NCBI GenBank assembly: GCA_963736855.1
Contig: CAVTQK010000023.1
Span: forward strand, 92,195 to 156,194
Source: an uncultured delta proteobacterium
GTDB lineage: Bacteria > Desulfobacterota > Desulfobacteria > Desulfobacterales > UBA2156
Direction: 5' to 3'
Length of the DNA stretch: 64,000 bases
In this document: positions 1 to 10,536 of the stretch, in pieces
Position numbering within the stretch: the stretch's first letter is position 1
Layout of the letters: every line of letters begins with the position of its first letter
Notes under the pieces: model-generated
What the model was told of the DNA's origin: nothing
What the model saw: only the letters and a program-made list of their open reading frames with translations
Database searches by the model: none
Translations under genes and position numbers: made by a program

Positions 1-345
1 GTGGGCCGGGAGATTCCAGACCGAACGGGTAAATTTCGTCTCCGGGTAGGTCCGTTGAGCGCTGTCGATTATCGCCGTTTTTTCCCAGGAAGCGATACGT
101 ACAATGAATTGGTGATGCTGACGAACCTGTACCTATTGGATCCATTGGAGTATGAACTGGAAGTCTACATGCAAAAAAAGCAGACTCAGACCGCCCGATT
201 GGGTGGGGCTGAATGGTCTCGGTTGGGCATGGATACCTGGCTTTTTGCCGGCAAAGAGATCGGTGAGACCAAGAGTACTTTTTATCCGACCCGATATTCA
301 TCGGTTAATCAGAATGTGACCATCAATAATGGGATAACGAGTTGA
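1..345 (+). CDS. tssG: T6SS baseplate subunit TssG, C-terminal part (cut by window edge)
   Basis: KFRLRVGPLS..Y..F.P and terminal RLG...RLG.DTWL motifs; directly upstream of clpV. Confidence 0.85.
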   Translation: MGREIPDRTGKFRLRVGPLSAVDYRRFFPGSDTYNELVMLTNLYLLDPLEYELEVYMQKKQTQTARLGGAEWSRLGMDTWLFAGKEIGETKSTFYPTRYSSVNQNVTINNGITS

Positions 346-386
346 GTGACTAGTCGTCTGACGAAAATCTTACATAGGAGAAATTC

Positions 387-3023
387 ATGATATCCGTCGA
401 TATCAAATCGCTTCTTAAACGCCTGAACAAGTATTGTACACGCTGCCTGGAAGGGGCTGCCGGTTTATGCGTATCCCGAACGCATTATGAGGTAACAGTG
501 GAACACATTCTATCCAAACTCCTTGAAGAACCCCAGTCGGATCTTCCGTTGATACTCCGCCATTTCGAGATCGATATCGGTCGGATGAGCAAGGCCCTCG
601 ATCAAACCCTTGAAGAATTTCGCACCGGCAACGCGGCCAAACCGGTCTTCTCACCACTGCTGATCGAATGGTTTCAGGAATCCTGGTTGATTGCTTCGGT
701 GGATCTGACCGAAAACAGGATCCGCTCCGGCGCTCTCCTGCTTGCCTTTTTAAGAAACCCGACGCGGTTTGCCACCGGTCGGTTTGCGGATCTCTTGGCC
801 GGCATCAGTCGGGATGCCCTGCAATCGGCCTTTCAGAACATCGTCCAATCTTCGGTGGAACAACCTTCTCCCGAAGATCAGATTGCCGGGGAAAAACCCC
901 TGCCCGGCGAAACTACCGCCCTCAAACAATTCTGCGTCAATTTTACTGAAAAAGCGGCTCGGGGTGAAATCGATCCGGTCTTCGGACGGGATCAGGAAAT
1001 CCGCCAAATGGTCGATATTCTGGCCCGAAGGCGAAAAAACAACCCCATCGTCGTCGGTGAGGCAGGTGTCGGAAAAACGGCTGTGGTGGAAGGCCTGGCC
1101 CTTCGAATTATGAAGGAGACGTCCCTCAGATGCTTCGGGATGTCGCCATCCTGGGCCTGGATATGGGGTTGCTCCAGGCCGGGGCCGGTATCAAGGGCGA
1201 GTTCGAAAATCGGCTCAAATCGGTCATCAACGAAATCAAGGCATCACCACAGCCGATCATTCTCTTTATCGACGAAGCGCATACGCTCATCGGTGCCGGC
1301 GGCCAAGCCGGCGGAAGCGATGCGGCCAATCTGCTCAAACCCGCCCTGGCCAGGGGCGAGCTGCGAACCGTCGCCGCCACCACCTGGTCGGAGTACAAGA
1401 AATATTTTGAAAAGGACGCGGCCCTGGCCCGCCGGTTTCAACTGATTAAACTCGATGAACCCTCCGAAAAGACCGCTGTTCTCATCCTGCGGGGTTTGAA
1501 AGAAAAGTATGAAGAAGCCCATGGAGTCGTCGTGAGGGATGATGCCATTCTGACGGCAGCCGAGCTGTCCAATCGATATATCTCCGGCCGGCAGCTCCCG
1601 GACAAAGCAGTGGATCTTCTGGATACCAGCGCCGCCAGGGTGAAGATCCTGCTTACAGCCAAACCGGACATTATCGAGGACAAGGAACGAACCGTCCAAG
1701 CTTTGGAAAGAGAGAGAAAAGCCATTGAACGGGATCGACTGCACGGCATTTCGGTTGAAGAAGAACGATTGAAAGCCATCGATACGGAATTGGAGGCTTT
1801 GAACCATGTCTTGAGTGAATTGAAAGATCGATGGCTCAAGGAACAGGAACTGGGCCAAAACATCGTCGAATTACGGAAGGAATTATACACCCTCAAGACC
1901 CACGAATCCGGTGAAACCACCGAACAAACCACAACTCTGAAATCCCGCATTGATGAAACCACCCAAAAACTGACTTCCCTCCAAAACAATGCGCCTCTTG
2001 TGCGCATCGAAGTGGATCCGGATGTGGTCGCCAAAGTGGTATCCGACTGGACCGGAATCCCCCTGGGCCGGGTGATGCGGGACGAAGCTAGAAATGTGAT
2101 CCACCTGGAAGAACGATTGAAAGAAAGGATTAAAGGTCAGGATAATGCACTGGCCATTATTGCCCAAGTCGTGAAGGCGGCCAAGGCAGGGTTAAAAGAT
2201 CCGAACCAGCCCCTGGGGATTTTTCTGTCTGGTGGGCCCGAGCGGAACCGGAAAGACCGAAACAGGCCTTGCCGTTGCCGAAATGCTATTCGGCGGAGAG
2301 CGCTTTATAGCTTCCATCAACATGAGTGAATTTCAGGAGCGTCATACGGTCAGCCGCCTGATCGGATCACCTCCCGGCTATGTCGGCTACGGTGAAGGCG
2401 GCGTCCTCACCGAAGCAATCCGCCAGCGCCCCTACTCGGTGATATTGCTGGATGAGGTGGAAAAAGCCCATCTGGAAGTGCTGAATATCTTCTACCAGGT
2501 ATTCGATAAGGGCGTACTCTCCGACGGAGAGGGCCGGATCATCGACTTTAAAAATTCGGTTATCTTTTTAACCAGCAATCTGGGAACGGATGTCATTACC
2601 GAAATGACGAGCAGCGGCAGCATGATTCCCTACGAGACCATCCTGAATGCCGTCAGACCGATTTTAAGCAACCACTTCAAGCCGGCGTTGCTGGCCCGCA
2701 TGACGGTGGTCCCTTTCCTGACCTTGCCGAATCATGTCCTCAAGGATATCGTGGCCCTGAAACTCAACAAGCTGGCTGCCCGCATGGCCGATACCCATAA
2801 AATCAAACTGACTTACACCGAATCGGTCAAGGATCAGATCGCAGCGCGTTGTACGGAAGTAGAAACCGGCGCCCGCAATATCGATCACATCATGAGCGGC
2901 ACGATCCTGCCCCAGATGTCCAGGGAGATTCTGACCCGCATGAGCGAGGCCGCCATGCCATCGGAAGTTAACCTGGATTTAAACGAAGACGGATCGTTTA
3001 AAATTCTTTTTGAAGGAGCATAG
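387..3023 (+). CDS. tssH: T6SS ATPase ClpV/TssH, split over three ORFs by frameshifts at ~1120 and ~2228
   Basis: ClpV N-terminus ([11 protein letters not shown]), RRRKNNP, Walker A GEAGVGKT and [29 protein letters not shown]; the pieces join seamlessly. Confidence 0.95.
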
Positions 3024-3025
3024 CC

Positions 3026-5294
3026 ATGGCTGTATTAACCGGCGCGGCTCGAGAGGCTAGATTTCTTTTTAAAGTCGGGGAGATTGATTTCGCCGTGGCG
3101 GATTTTTCCGTCCGGGAAGCGATATCCGAGCCGTTTGATATTGACCTGACCCTTGCCTCGGAAGATGAAATCGACTTTGATGATGTGATCGGTCAGGTGG
3201 CACTGCTCATACTCCTGGAAAGCGAACCGGATCGGTACTTCAATGGCATCGTCAGCGAATTCATGAAGATCGGTCTCAGAGGCCGCTTCTATGTGTACCA
3301 GGCCCGTGTCGTCCCCTCCATATGGCTTTTATCCTTCGAACAGGATTGCCGCATTTTTCAAAATAAAACGGTTCAGGAAATTGTCACTCAGATTTTTAAT
3401 GAAAGAAGGATCACATCCGACCGTTTTAAATTCCGTCTCCAAAATACCTATGAACCCCGGGAGTATTGTGTCCAATACCGTGAAACAGACCTGAATTTCA
3501 TATCCCGCCTCCTCGAAGAAGAAGGCATATTTTACTTTTTCGAACATGACCGTGAAAAACACCTGATGGTTTTCGGAGACAGTACGGTGAATTATCAACC
3601 GATCTCAGGAACCGTCGCAGTCCCTTTCAGACCCTCGGGGGGTCTTGGAGTTACTGAAGAATTCGTCAAGGATTTCCGCTTTCAACGACAAATTCGGACC
3701 GGTAAAGTCACTTTCCGGGATTATAATTTCATCAGACCTTCCTTGGATTTAACCTCCCAGAAAAAGGCCGACTCCTTCGATGAACTGGAGTACTACGACT
3801 ATCCCGGTGAGTACGGCGATAAAAATCGCGGTAAATCGTTAGCCGAAATTCGCTTGCAGGAATCGATGATGTTAAAGGATCGTATTAAAGGTCAGAGCGT
3901 TTGCCCCCGATTTGTACCGGGGTTTACCTTTAAATTGGCCGACCACGACATTGAAGCCTTCAATCAGGAATATCTTCTCATCGAAATCAACCATGTCGGC
4001 ACACAACCCCAGGTGCTTGAGGAAAAGGCCAGCGATGAATCCGGATCCAGCTATGCCAATCACTTTATGGGTGTTCCTTCATCGACCATCATCAGGCCGG
4101 CTCGAAATACACCGAAACCGGTGGTCGAAGGCGTCCAGACAGCTATAGTGGTCGGGCCCAGTGGTGAAGAAATTTACACCGATGAACATGGGCGAATTAA
4201 GGTCCAGTTTCATTGGGACAGGGAAGGTAAGAAGGACGACAAGTCTTCCTGTTGGATCCGGGTCGCAAGCATCTTTGCAGGCGGCCAGTATGGATCCATC
4301 TTCATACCCAGAATTGGCCAGGAGGTGGTAGTCGATTTTCTGGAAGGTGATCCGGACCGTCCGCTGGTTACGGGAAGGGTGTATAATGCGGACCTGATGC
4401 CTCCTTACACGCTCCCCGACAAGAAGACGAAGAGCACGATCAAGACGAACTCTTCCATTGGAGGAGAGGGTTTCAATGAGATCCGATTCGAAGATGAAAA
4501 AGGAAAGGAACAGCTTTTCCTCCATGCGGAAAAAGATTTGGATATCCGTGTAAAAAACGATCGAAGGGAGCTCGTCGGTAATGACCGGCATCTCATTGTC
4601 AAGCGCGATTTAAAAGAAAAAATCGAATTCGATAAGCACGTGACGGTGGAAAAGAGTGAGTTCAAGGAAGTCAAGACCGACTATAATCTTAAAGTCGGCG
4701 GCAAGACTGCTATTGAGGTGACGGGCTCATCCTCTCTCAAAGTGACAGGCAATATGATCGAGAGTTTCAATGCAAATCACAGTGAGAATGTGACAGGGAC
4801 CTTTCATTTAAAAGGGATGAATATAAAAATTGAAGGGATGACCGGTATGGAGCTCAAAGTGGGCGGGAGCAGTATTGTTCTCACCCCGGCGGCAATTTTT
4901 ATCCAGGGAGGTCCCCTGGTCAATATCAATAGCGGCAGTGGTCCGCCGGTTGCACCCGCGTCCAGTTCTCTTGTACCTCCGGTCTGCTCCCTCCCCTCCG
5001 GATGCCGCTGCCGACGCCTCTCCCGGAAAGGATGTGAGCAGTCAAGAAAAGCGCCACAAAGAATCCACCGATGAGGAAAAGAAAGAGAAGAAAAGCTGGA
5101 TCGAAATCGAACTGGTCGACGAGGAAGGCAATCCAGTTCCCGGTGAACGATATAAGGTGACCCTGCCCGACGGAAAGACCGTTGCCGAGGGAACATTGGA
5201 TGAAAATGGCTTTGCCCGCGTGAATGGCATCGATCCTGGAAGCTGCAAAATCACTTTTCCGAATCTGGACAAGGATGCATGGGAGAAGGCATAA
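3026..5294 (+). CDS. vgrG: T6SS spike VgrG with small C-terminal beta-sandwich extension (frameshift ~4985)
   Basis: YCVQYRETDLNFISRLLEEEGI, GRIKVQFHWDR, PRIGQEVVVDFLEGDPDRP; tail WIEIELVDEEGNPVPG continues in ORF 4875..5294. Confidence 0.93.
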
Positions 5295-5311
5295 GAGCAT
5301 AAGTCCTGAAA

Positions 5312-5941
5312 ATGCCTGATTACAAAGTAAAACAGGGTGATTGCCTTTCAAGCATTGCTCTTCGATACGGTCTGAAGTGGGAAAAGATCTGGAAACACCC
5401 GAAGAACTCCAACCTGAGGGAAAAGAGAAAGAACCCCAATGTCCTCTTCCCTGGAGATCTGCTCTTTGTCCCGGAAAAAGAGGAGAAACAGGAGTCCGCT
5501 GCAACCGAGCAGAAACATCGTTTTAAAGTGAAGGGGGTGCCATCGAAACTCATTCTTGTTCTGAAGGATGAAGAGGACAAACCCAGGACCAATGTGAGTT
5601 ATAACCTGGATATCGATGGTCAATTATTTTCAGGTAAAACGGATGGAACGGGCAAACTGGAGCATTCGATTCCACCGAATGCCAAAAAAGGAAAGCTGAT
5701 GATAGAGGATGGTATTGAAGAGTATTCTTTGCAGCTTGGTACGATCGATCCAATTACTGAAATCATCGGCATTCAAGCAAGGTTGAGCAACTTAGGTTTT
5801 TATTTGGGCCCCATGGACGGAAAGATGAATCCTGAAACCATTGAGGCTATTAAGTACTTCCAGACAGAACACGGATTAACAGCGAATGGAGAGGCCGATC
5901 AGGTTACCCGTGATAGGCTTCTCGATGAACACGGATGTTAA
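5312..5941 (+). CDS. LysM + beta-sandwich + peptidoglycan-binding domain protein (copy 1)
   Basis: YKVKQGDCLSSIA..NPNVLFPGD (LysM); IQARLSNLGF..DG..T.EAI..FQ..HGL...GE (PG_binding_1). Confidence 0.85.
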   Translation: MPDYKVKQGDCLSSIALRYGLKWEKIWKHPKNSNLREKRKNPNVLFPGDLLFVPEKEEKQESAATEQKHRFKVKGVPSKLILVLKDEEDKPRTNVSYNLDIDGQLFSGKTDGTGKLEHSIPPNAKKGKLMIEDGIEEYSLQLGTIDPITEIIGIQARLSNLGFYLGPMDGKMNPETIEAIKYFQTEHGLTANGEADQVTRDRLLDEHGC

Positions 5942-5956
5942 AAAGGGCATGGCAAT

Positions 5957-6898
5957 ATGAACGATGATGATCTCTGCCATACGATGCCCCAGGATGGCGA
6001 TGCCTTGGCAGACATGGCTGGAGATGACTCCAGTGATTCCAGTGATCAGAATCCCATCAATGATCCATCTGGGATGCCAAAAGGGCCGCCTGTTTTCCTC
6101 GCAAAAACTGCCTTTGGCGCTCCGGCCAATCAAAATACGATAAGGCCCCAAATCCAACTCGAGCCATTAGTGGATCCTCCCGTACGATTGCTCTGCCAAT
6201 ATGACCCCCGCTGGGGGAGGAAATACCTTAAGAAGCAAAAAAGGGGGAAAGAAAACGAGGCCTATACCTGGACCAAATCAGGTTGTCATCCAACCGGCCT
6301 GGCAATGATCCTTCGATGGTGGGCAGAAGATAACCCGAAGACAGCGGGAAAAATAAAATTCCCCCACACGGAAAAACCCGACAAAATCGAAACTCCCATC
6401 CAGGTCAACCAATGGCTCTGGAATAAGGTCTATGTCCCTTGCGATAAGACCATCTCTCATAATACGATCTGCAACAGCGTTAAAAAATTAACCCATACGG
6501 ATTCAGGTATGCCCATGAAAGGGGAGTACAAAGCTCTTTCAGGGCTGACCGATAAGAAAAAGGCAGAGGCCATTAAAAAGGCCCTCCTATTAGGTCCTGT
6601 CCTCATAAATATGCTTAAACCCGGACACTTTGTGCTGGTACATGGTTATCGCGATGGCAAAATTTATGTCTGCGACCCAGGCAATACATTGAACCGGTTT
6701 TGGGGTAAACCCATAAAAATTGGAGAGCGAATGCCTCCTGGGACTCTACCGAAATGTGATGATGACAAACGAGGCTATGTGTCGATTCCTGATAAGGAGA
6801 AATTTGAAGAGAAAGGCACATGGCTTTCCACATTGATCCGAATGGAGTCTTTCTACTTTAATGAAAAAGAGGTCCATCCGGAATGGAACAAAAAATGA
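5957..6898 (+). CDS. C39-like (papain-fold) cysteine peptidase, candidate T6SS cargo
   Basis: QYDPRW, SGCHPTGLAMIL, GHFVLVHGY, VCDPG give a Q/C/H/D catalytic arrangement. Confidence 0.7.
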   Translation: MNDDDLCHTMPQDGDALADMAGDDSSDSSDQNPINDPSGMPKGPPVFLAKTAFGAPANQNTIRPQIQLEPLVDPPVRLLCQYDPRWGRKYLKKQKRGKENEAYTWTKSGCHPTGLAMILRWWAEDNPKTAGKIKFPHTEKPDKIETPIQVNQWLWNKVYVPCDKTISHNTICNSVKKLTHTDSGMPMKGEYKALSGLTDKKKAEAIKKALLLGPVLINMLKPGHFVLVHGYRDGKIYVCDPGNTLNRFWGKPIKIGERMPPGTLPKCDDDKRGYVSIPDKEKFEEKGTWLSTLIRMESFYFNEKEVHPEWNKK

Positions 6899-6921
6899 GT
6901 TGTTAATCAAGGAGGACAACT

Positions 6922-7279
6922 ATGTTTCCTGCAGCACGAATTTTAGATCCCATAACACATGATCAGATTGTACCAAGTGGAGTGATCGGCCCGCCCTTGC
7001 CAGGGCGACCCATGACTGTTCTTGATCGAATATCTTCCAGCCGCAGTAATGGGAGATTTTGTGACCTGTACGGGGGTTTTATCCGTTGGCATCGTCCATC
7101 CACCACAGGCCGGCCCTCCTCCGGCCATTCCCCCCTCTGTTCCGATCGTCAAGGGAAGTGCTACTGTTTTAATCGGTGGTATGCCTGCAGCCCGCTGGAT
7201 CGCGGATATGGCTGGATGTGGCGTTTTTTTAGGCGATTCAAAACTTGCGGCCACCCGTACCGTATTGATTGGAGGTTAA
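6922..7279 (+). CDS. PAAR-repeat spike tip protein (frameshift ~7021)
   Basis: MFPAAR, LPAAV, GMPAAR motifs and terminal TVLIGG when ORFs 6922 and 7022 are joined; RBS AGGAGG upstream. Confidence 0.85.
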
Positions 7280-7287
7280 GGCAGAAA

Positions 7288-7939
7288 ATGCCCGATTATC
7301 AAAGTCAAAGAGGGTGATTGTATCGAGAGCATCGCCTTCGAGAGCGGGCTCTTCTGGAAGACCGTGTGGAACCATCCGAATAATCGGAATTTGTGCGAAA
7401 AGCGGAAGGACCCCAATGTTCTTATGCCCGGCGACAGAGTATATGTCCCCAAGATCAGAGAGAAGCATGAAAGAGGCGGCACTGAGCAATGCCACCGATT
7501 TCGACGGTGCGGTGTGCCCGGAAAGCTGAAGCTGCGATTCCTTGATCACGAGAAGAAGCCCAGGGCCGGCGCACAGTACGTGTTAGAGGTAGATGGACAG
7601 ACCATGGCCGGTTCTCTGGACCACAACGGAGTGCTGCAGGCGGTCATACCTCCCAATGCTCGGAAGGCCAAGATAACAGTAGGGATTGATGATGACAGTG
7701 AGGAGTTTGAGATGAAGTTGGGCGGGCTCGATCCGATCACCGAAGTCTCGGGCATTCAGGCACGCCTCAACAATCTCGGGTACGACTGTGGATCGACAGA
7801 TGGTATCTTGAACATGCGCACGGAGACCGCTATCCGGTCGTTCCAGGCGAACTATAATCTGGAGGTCACGGGTGAAATGAACCAGGCCACGCGAGACAAG
7901 CTTTTTGAAGCATATGATAACAAAGAGATCGCAGGTTGA
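7288..7939 (+). CDS. LysM + beta-sandwich + peptidoglycan-binding domain protein (copy 2; one extra base at ~7300)
   Basis: ATG at 7288 reads MPDY then KVKEGDCIESIA in the frame of ORF 7364..7939; collinear with copy 1. Confidence 0.85.
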
Positions 7940-7942
7940 GCG

Positions 7943-9106
7943 ATGCCTAACCAAACACGAAGAGGTAATAATAATACATTTACACCACCTAGAATTACCT
8001 ACGCGAAGATTCAGCTGACCCAGCCAATTAGACCAGCGTTTCCGAAGATAGCTCCTCTGTGGAACCAGTTTCGCTTTATCGATATCACGCCGAAAGTCGA
8101 CGGCAAGACGGTCGGCAGCCTCAATAGACAAAAGGTAATGGGGCCTGGCGGCGTGATAAAGAAGGATGGCACGATCGCCTCTATCGCAGAGACGTTCCTT
8201 AGGGAAATGGAAAAGGTCACTCCTGATTGGTACTTCATCTCCGGGCACCATGCACGATTGTATTCATCTGATGAAGACAGGTACCGGCGGATCACGCGCC
8301 AGGAGGTGGCCCGAATACCGAGGGATTCATATGACGAGCTTCTTGTGTATGATCAGGAAGAACGCGGATACCGCAAGCTAACGGCCCAGGAGCGGGCTCT
8401 CTTGCCTAACAATTTGCAAAAAGACCTGTATGTATCTGAAAAGGCAGCTAAGTACAGCGGTTTCTTCAACGATCACTATCACCATGCGCGTTGGGCGGTA
8501 GCCACACGATCAAGGTTCAAGCGTGACGATATCATTCCGCTTTTACGGGAGCGACAGCAACAGATGAAGCCCACCGATAAAACGCGGCCTGTGTTACCCG
8601 ATGACATGGACTATGAGTTGTTTCTACGAAGCACCGAACATGCTCCCACCTCGATGCGCGAGCATGATGACTTTAATCCTCTATTCAGCTTTGATGGTGA
8701 CGCCGCGAGAAAAGCCAAGTGCAAGGGCGTCATCCTCGCGGCCTGTAATACTCTCCAAAGCAAAGAGACCATATTACCTTGGTTCACACGTTTCCCTGAT
8801 TCATTGATCATCGGCTCGCGTCTGGTCCTGCGGGGAGGTTGGGAGCTGTGTAAAGCTATCGCCCAAGCGCCGTTGGCCAGAAATCGGAAATTCTGGGAGA
8901 ATCCAAGAGCCTATTTTGGCAACGACCGGAAGAAAGTCAAGAGATTCGTAGAACAGTTAGCCGGTAAAATGAGACATCCCGATGGCGGTGGATACGGCCT
9001 TGGTCTTATTTACTATGGTGACTTCTACACTTCGCAGCGTGACGCATCGGGTAGGACATCCGTTCAATGTGTCGACTTAATCGCATGGAAGGTTGTGAGC
9101 CCATGA
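7943..9106 (+). CDS. Hypothetical protein, candidate T6SS effector
   Basis: 387 aa ORF right after PAAR and LysM-PG copy 2; no family recognised; FISGHH and ILAACNT motifs. Confidence 0.5.
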   Translation: MPNQTRRGNNNTFTPPRITYAKIQLTQPIRPAFPKIAPLWNQFRFIDITPKVDGKTVGSLNRQKVMGPGGVIKKDGTIASIAETFLREMEKVTPDWYFISGHHARLYSSDEDRYRRITRQEVARIPRDSYDELLVYDQEERGYRKLTAQERALLPNNLQKDLYVSEKAAKYSGFFNDHYHHARWAVATRSRFKRDDIIPLLRERQQQMKPTDKTRPVLPDDMDYELFLRSTEHAPTSMREHDDFNPLFSFDGDAARKAKCKGVILAACNTLQSKETILPWFTRFPDSLIIGSRLVLRGGWELCKAIAQAPLARNRKFWENPRAYFGNDRKKVKRFVEQLAGKMRHPDGGGYGLGLIYYGDFYTSQRDASGRTSVQCVDLIAWKVVSP

Positions 9107-10083
9107 TTGGTAATCAAACAACAGCAACTCCGTTAATGGCCGTCCGGACTACAGCAGAGATAGATCGAGTTTCGTCAGTCTCGTCCATGAGACTTCTATT
9201 ACTGCAGTTTGGTGACCGTCTCCTCGGTGTCCGGGAAATCGAACTCCTGGCCATGATGACCATGGTATCAGAGCTGAATCTGCTATCTCTCCCTGGAACA
9301 CTCCAGGTTGCCTCAGGGGTGAGCACGAGCGACGCTTGGACGGTCAATGCGATGAACGGAGCCGTGGTTGTTTTAGGGCCTGCTCTGGCCACCATCACTT
9401 CGCTCGACGACCTTTCATTGCGACGAGATATACAGATATCAGAAATTCCACCACAGATCAGTGCCCTCGTCCTCAACCATAAGAACTCGTTGCTGCTGTG
9501 CGAGTCGTTCCAGTTACATGATCCGGAATTCGGCCAGTTCGCAGCGGTCTGCCTTGACCTGAAACGGGGGGATGTCATCAATTCGCGCTGCATCACCTCT
9601 ATGGAACCCCTGGAAGCTATATGGGTTGAGGAGTTAGAATCATTCATGATATACGACTTCCAGAGTGATTCCCTATGGCGGTGGTCGCCCTTAAAAGGCG
9701 AACCGCTTACCATTGACGAGACCGTTCTAAACGACCTGCAAGTTACAAGTTTTATTTTCGAGTCTTCTGGAAGACGTTTGACCAAGATCCTGTCTGACTT
9801 CGGTGGAAATCAATTTAAACTTTTACGAGGTATAGCCTCACAGAATAATGTCTCCTGGGGGACACCAGTGGCCTTACCGGATGGGGAATATGAGAGTATT
9901 AACTGGCATCCCAAGGAGGATATCTTCGCCTGCATCCATACCATTGGCGGGGAAATGTACCTCAGCTTAGCTCGGAGCGGTTGTGTCGGAACTCCTTTCC
10001 CTGAAAGCGATTCTTTTGTTTGTTGGTCAATCGGGGAAGTTTGTTATCATTATGCAAGCAATCGGAGTGGGTTAAAAATCTAA
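9103..10083 (+). CDS. Hypothetical beta-rich protein, candidate immunity partner
   Basis: ATGA start/stop overlap with the upstream gene at 9103-9106; no family recognised. Confidence 0.4.
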   Translation: MIGNQTTATPLMAVRTTAEIDRVSSVSSMRLLLLQFGDRLLGVREIELLAMMTMVSELNLLSLPGTLQVASGVSTSDAWTVNAMNGAVVVLGPALATITSLDDLSLRRDIQISEIPPQISALVLNHKNSLLLCESFQLHDPEFGQFAAVCLDLKRGDVINSRCITSMEPLEAIWVEELESFMIYDFQSDSLWRWSPLKGEPLTIDETVLNDLQVTSFIFESSGRRLTKILSDFGGNQFKLLRGIASQNNVSWGTPVALPDGEYESINWHPKEDIFACIHTIGGEMYLSLARSGCVGTPFPESDSFVCWSIGEVCYHYASNRSGLKI

Positions 10084-10536
10084 TCAACATGACCGATCAA
10101 TTCCGATTGACAGCGGATCTTCCTTCGGGTTATTGAAAATTGATAAGTCTTAACAACTGCAGATACCCATATCTTGGTTGTAGATGATGGCGAGACACAA
10201 TTCATGCCCTTGCTTAATCCGTCCACAAAAAAACGATTTCTTTTCAATAATTATTTTATTGGCTCATGAGAAAGAGCATCTGCGTGAATCCATCTTACCC
10301 AGATCCGCGAGCTTTATTCACAACTTGCCTTCAGATGCGAACAAACCAACCAGGACTATGATCGATGTACCCGCCACGGTCGTACCCAGGGGAGTCAATT
10401 GCGCATTCAAAAAACGGTGCGACGTGCCGGAAGGTCATAGACCCAAGTATCCGAAGGTAAAACATGTAGACAAGTGATCTTTGCTCCATTGGCGCCGCAA
10501 GGATAAAATTCGTCAGCCCGAAAGATCTATACGGAA

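Noticed and set aside
387..7939. Pseudogenised T6SS or programmed frameshifting in clpV, vgrG, PAAR and LysM genes
   Set aside because: Similar single-base indels hit unrelated genes across the window with no in-frame stops; sequencing error is more likely.
10184..10477. 97-aa ORF between the effector pair and FHA-SLT
   Set aside because: No RBS or recognisable motif; cannot be supported.
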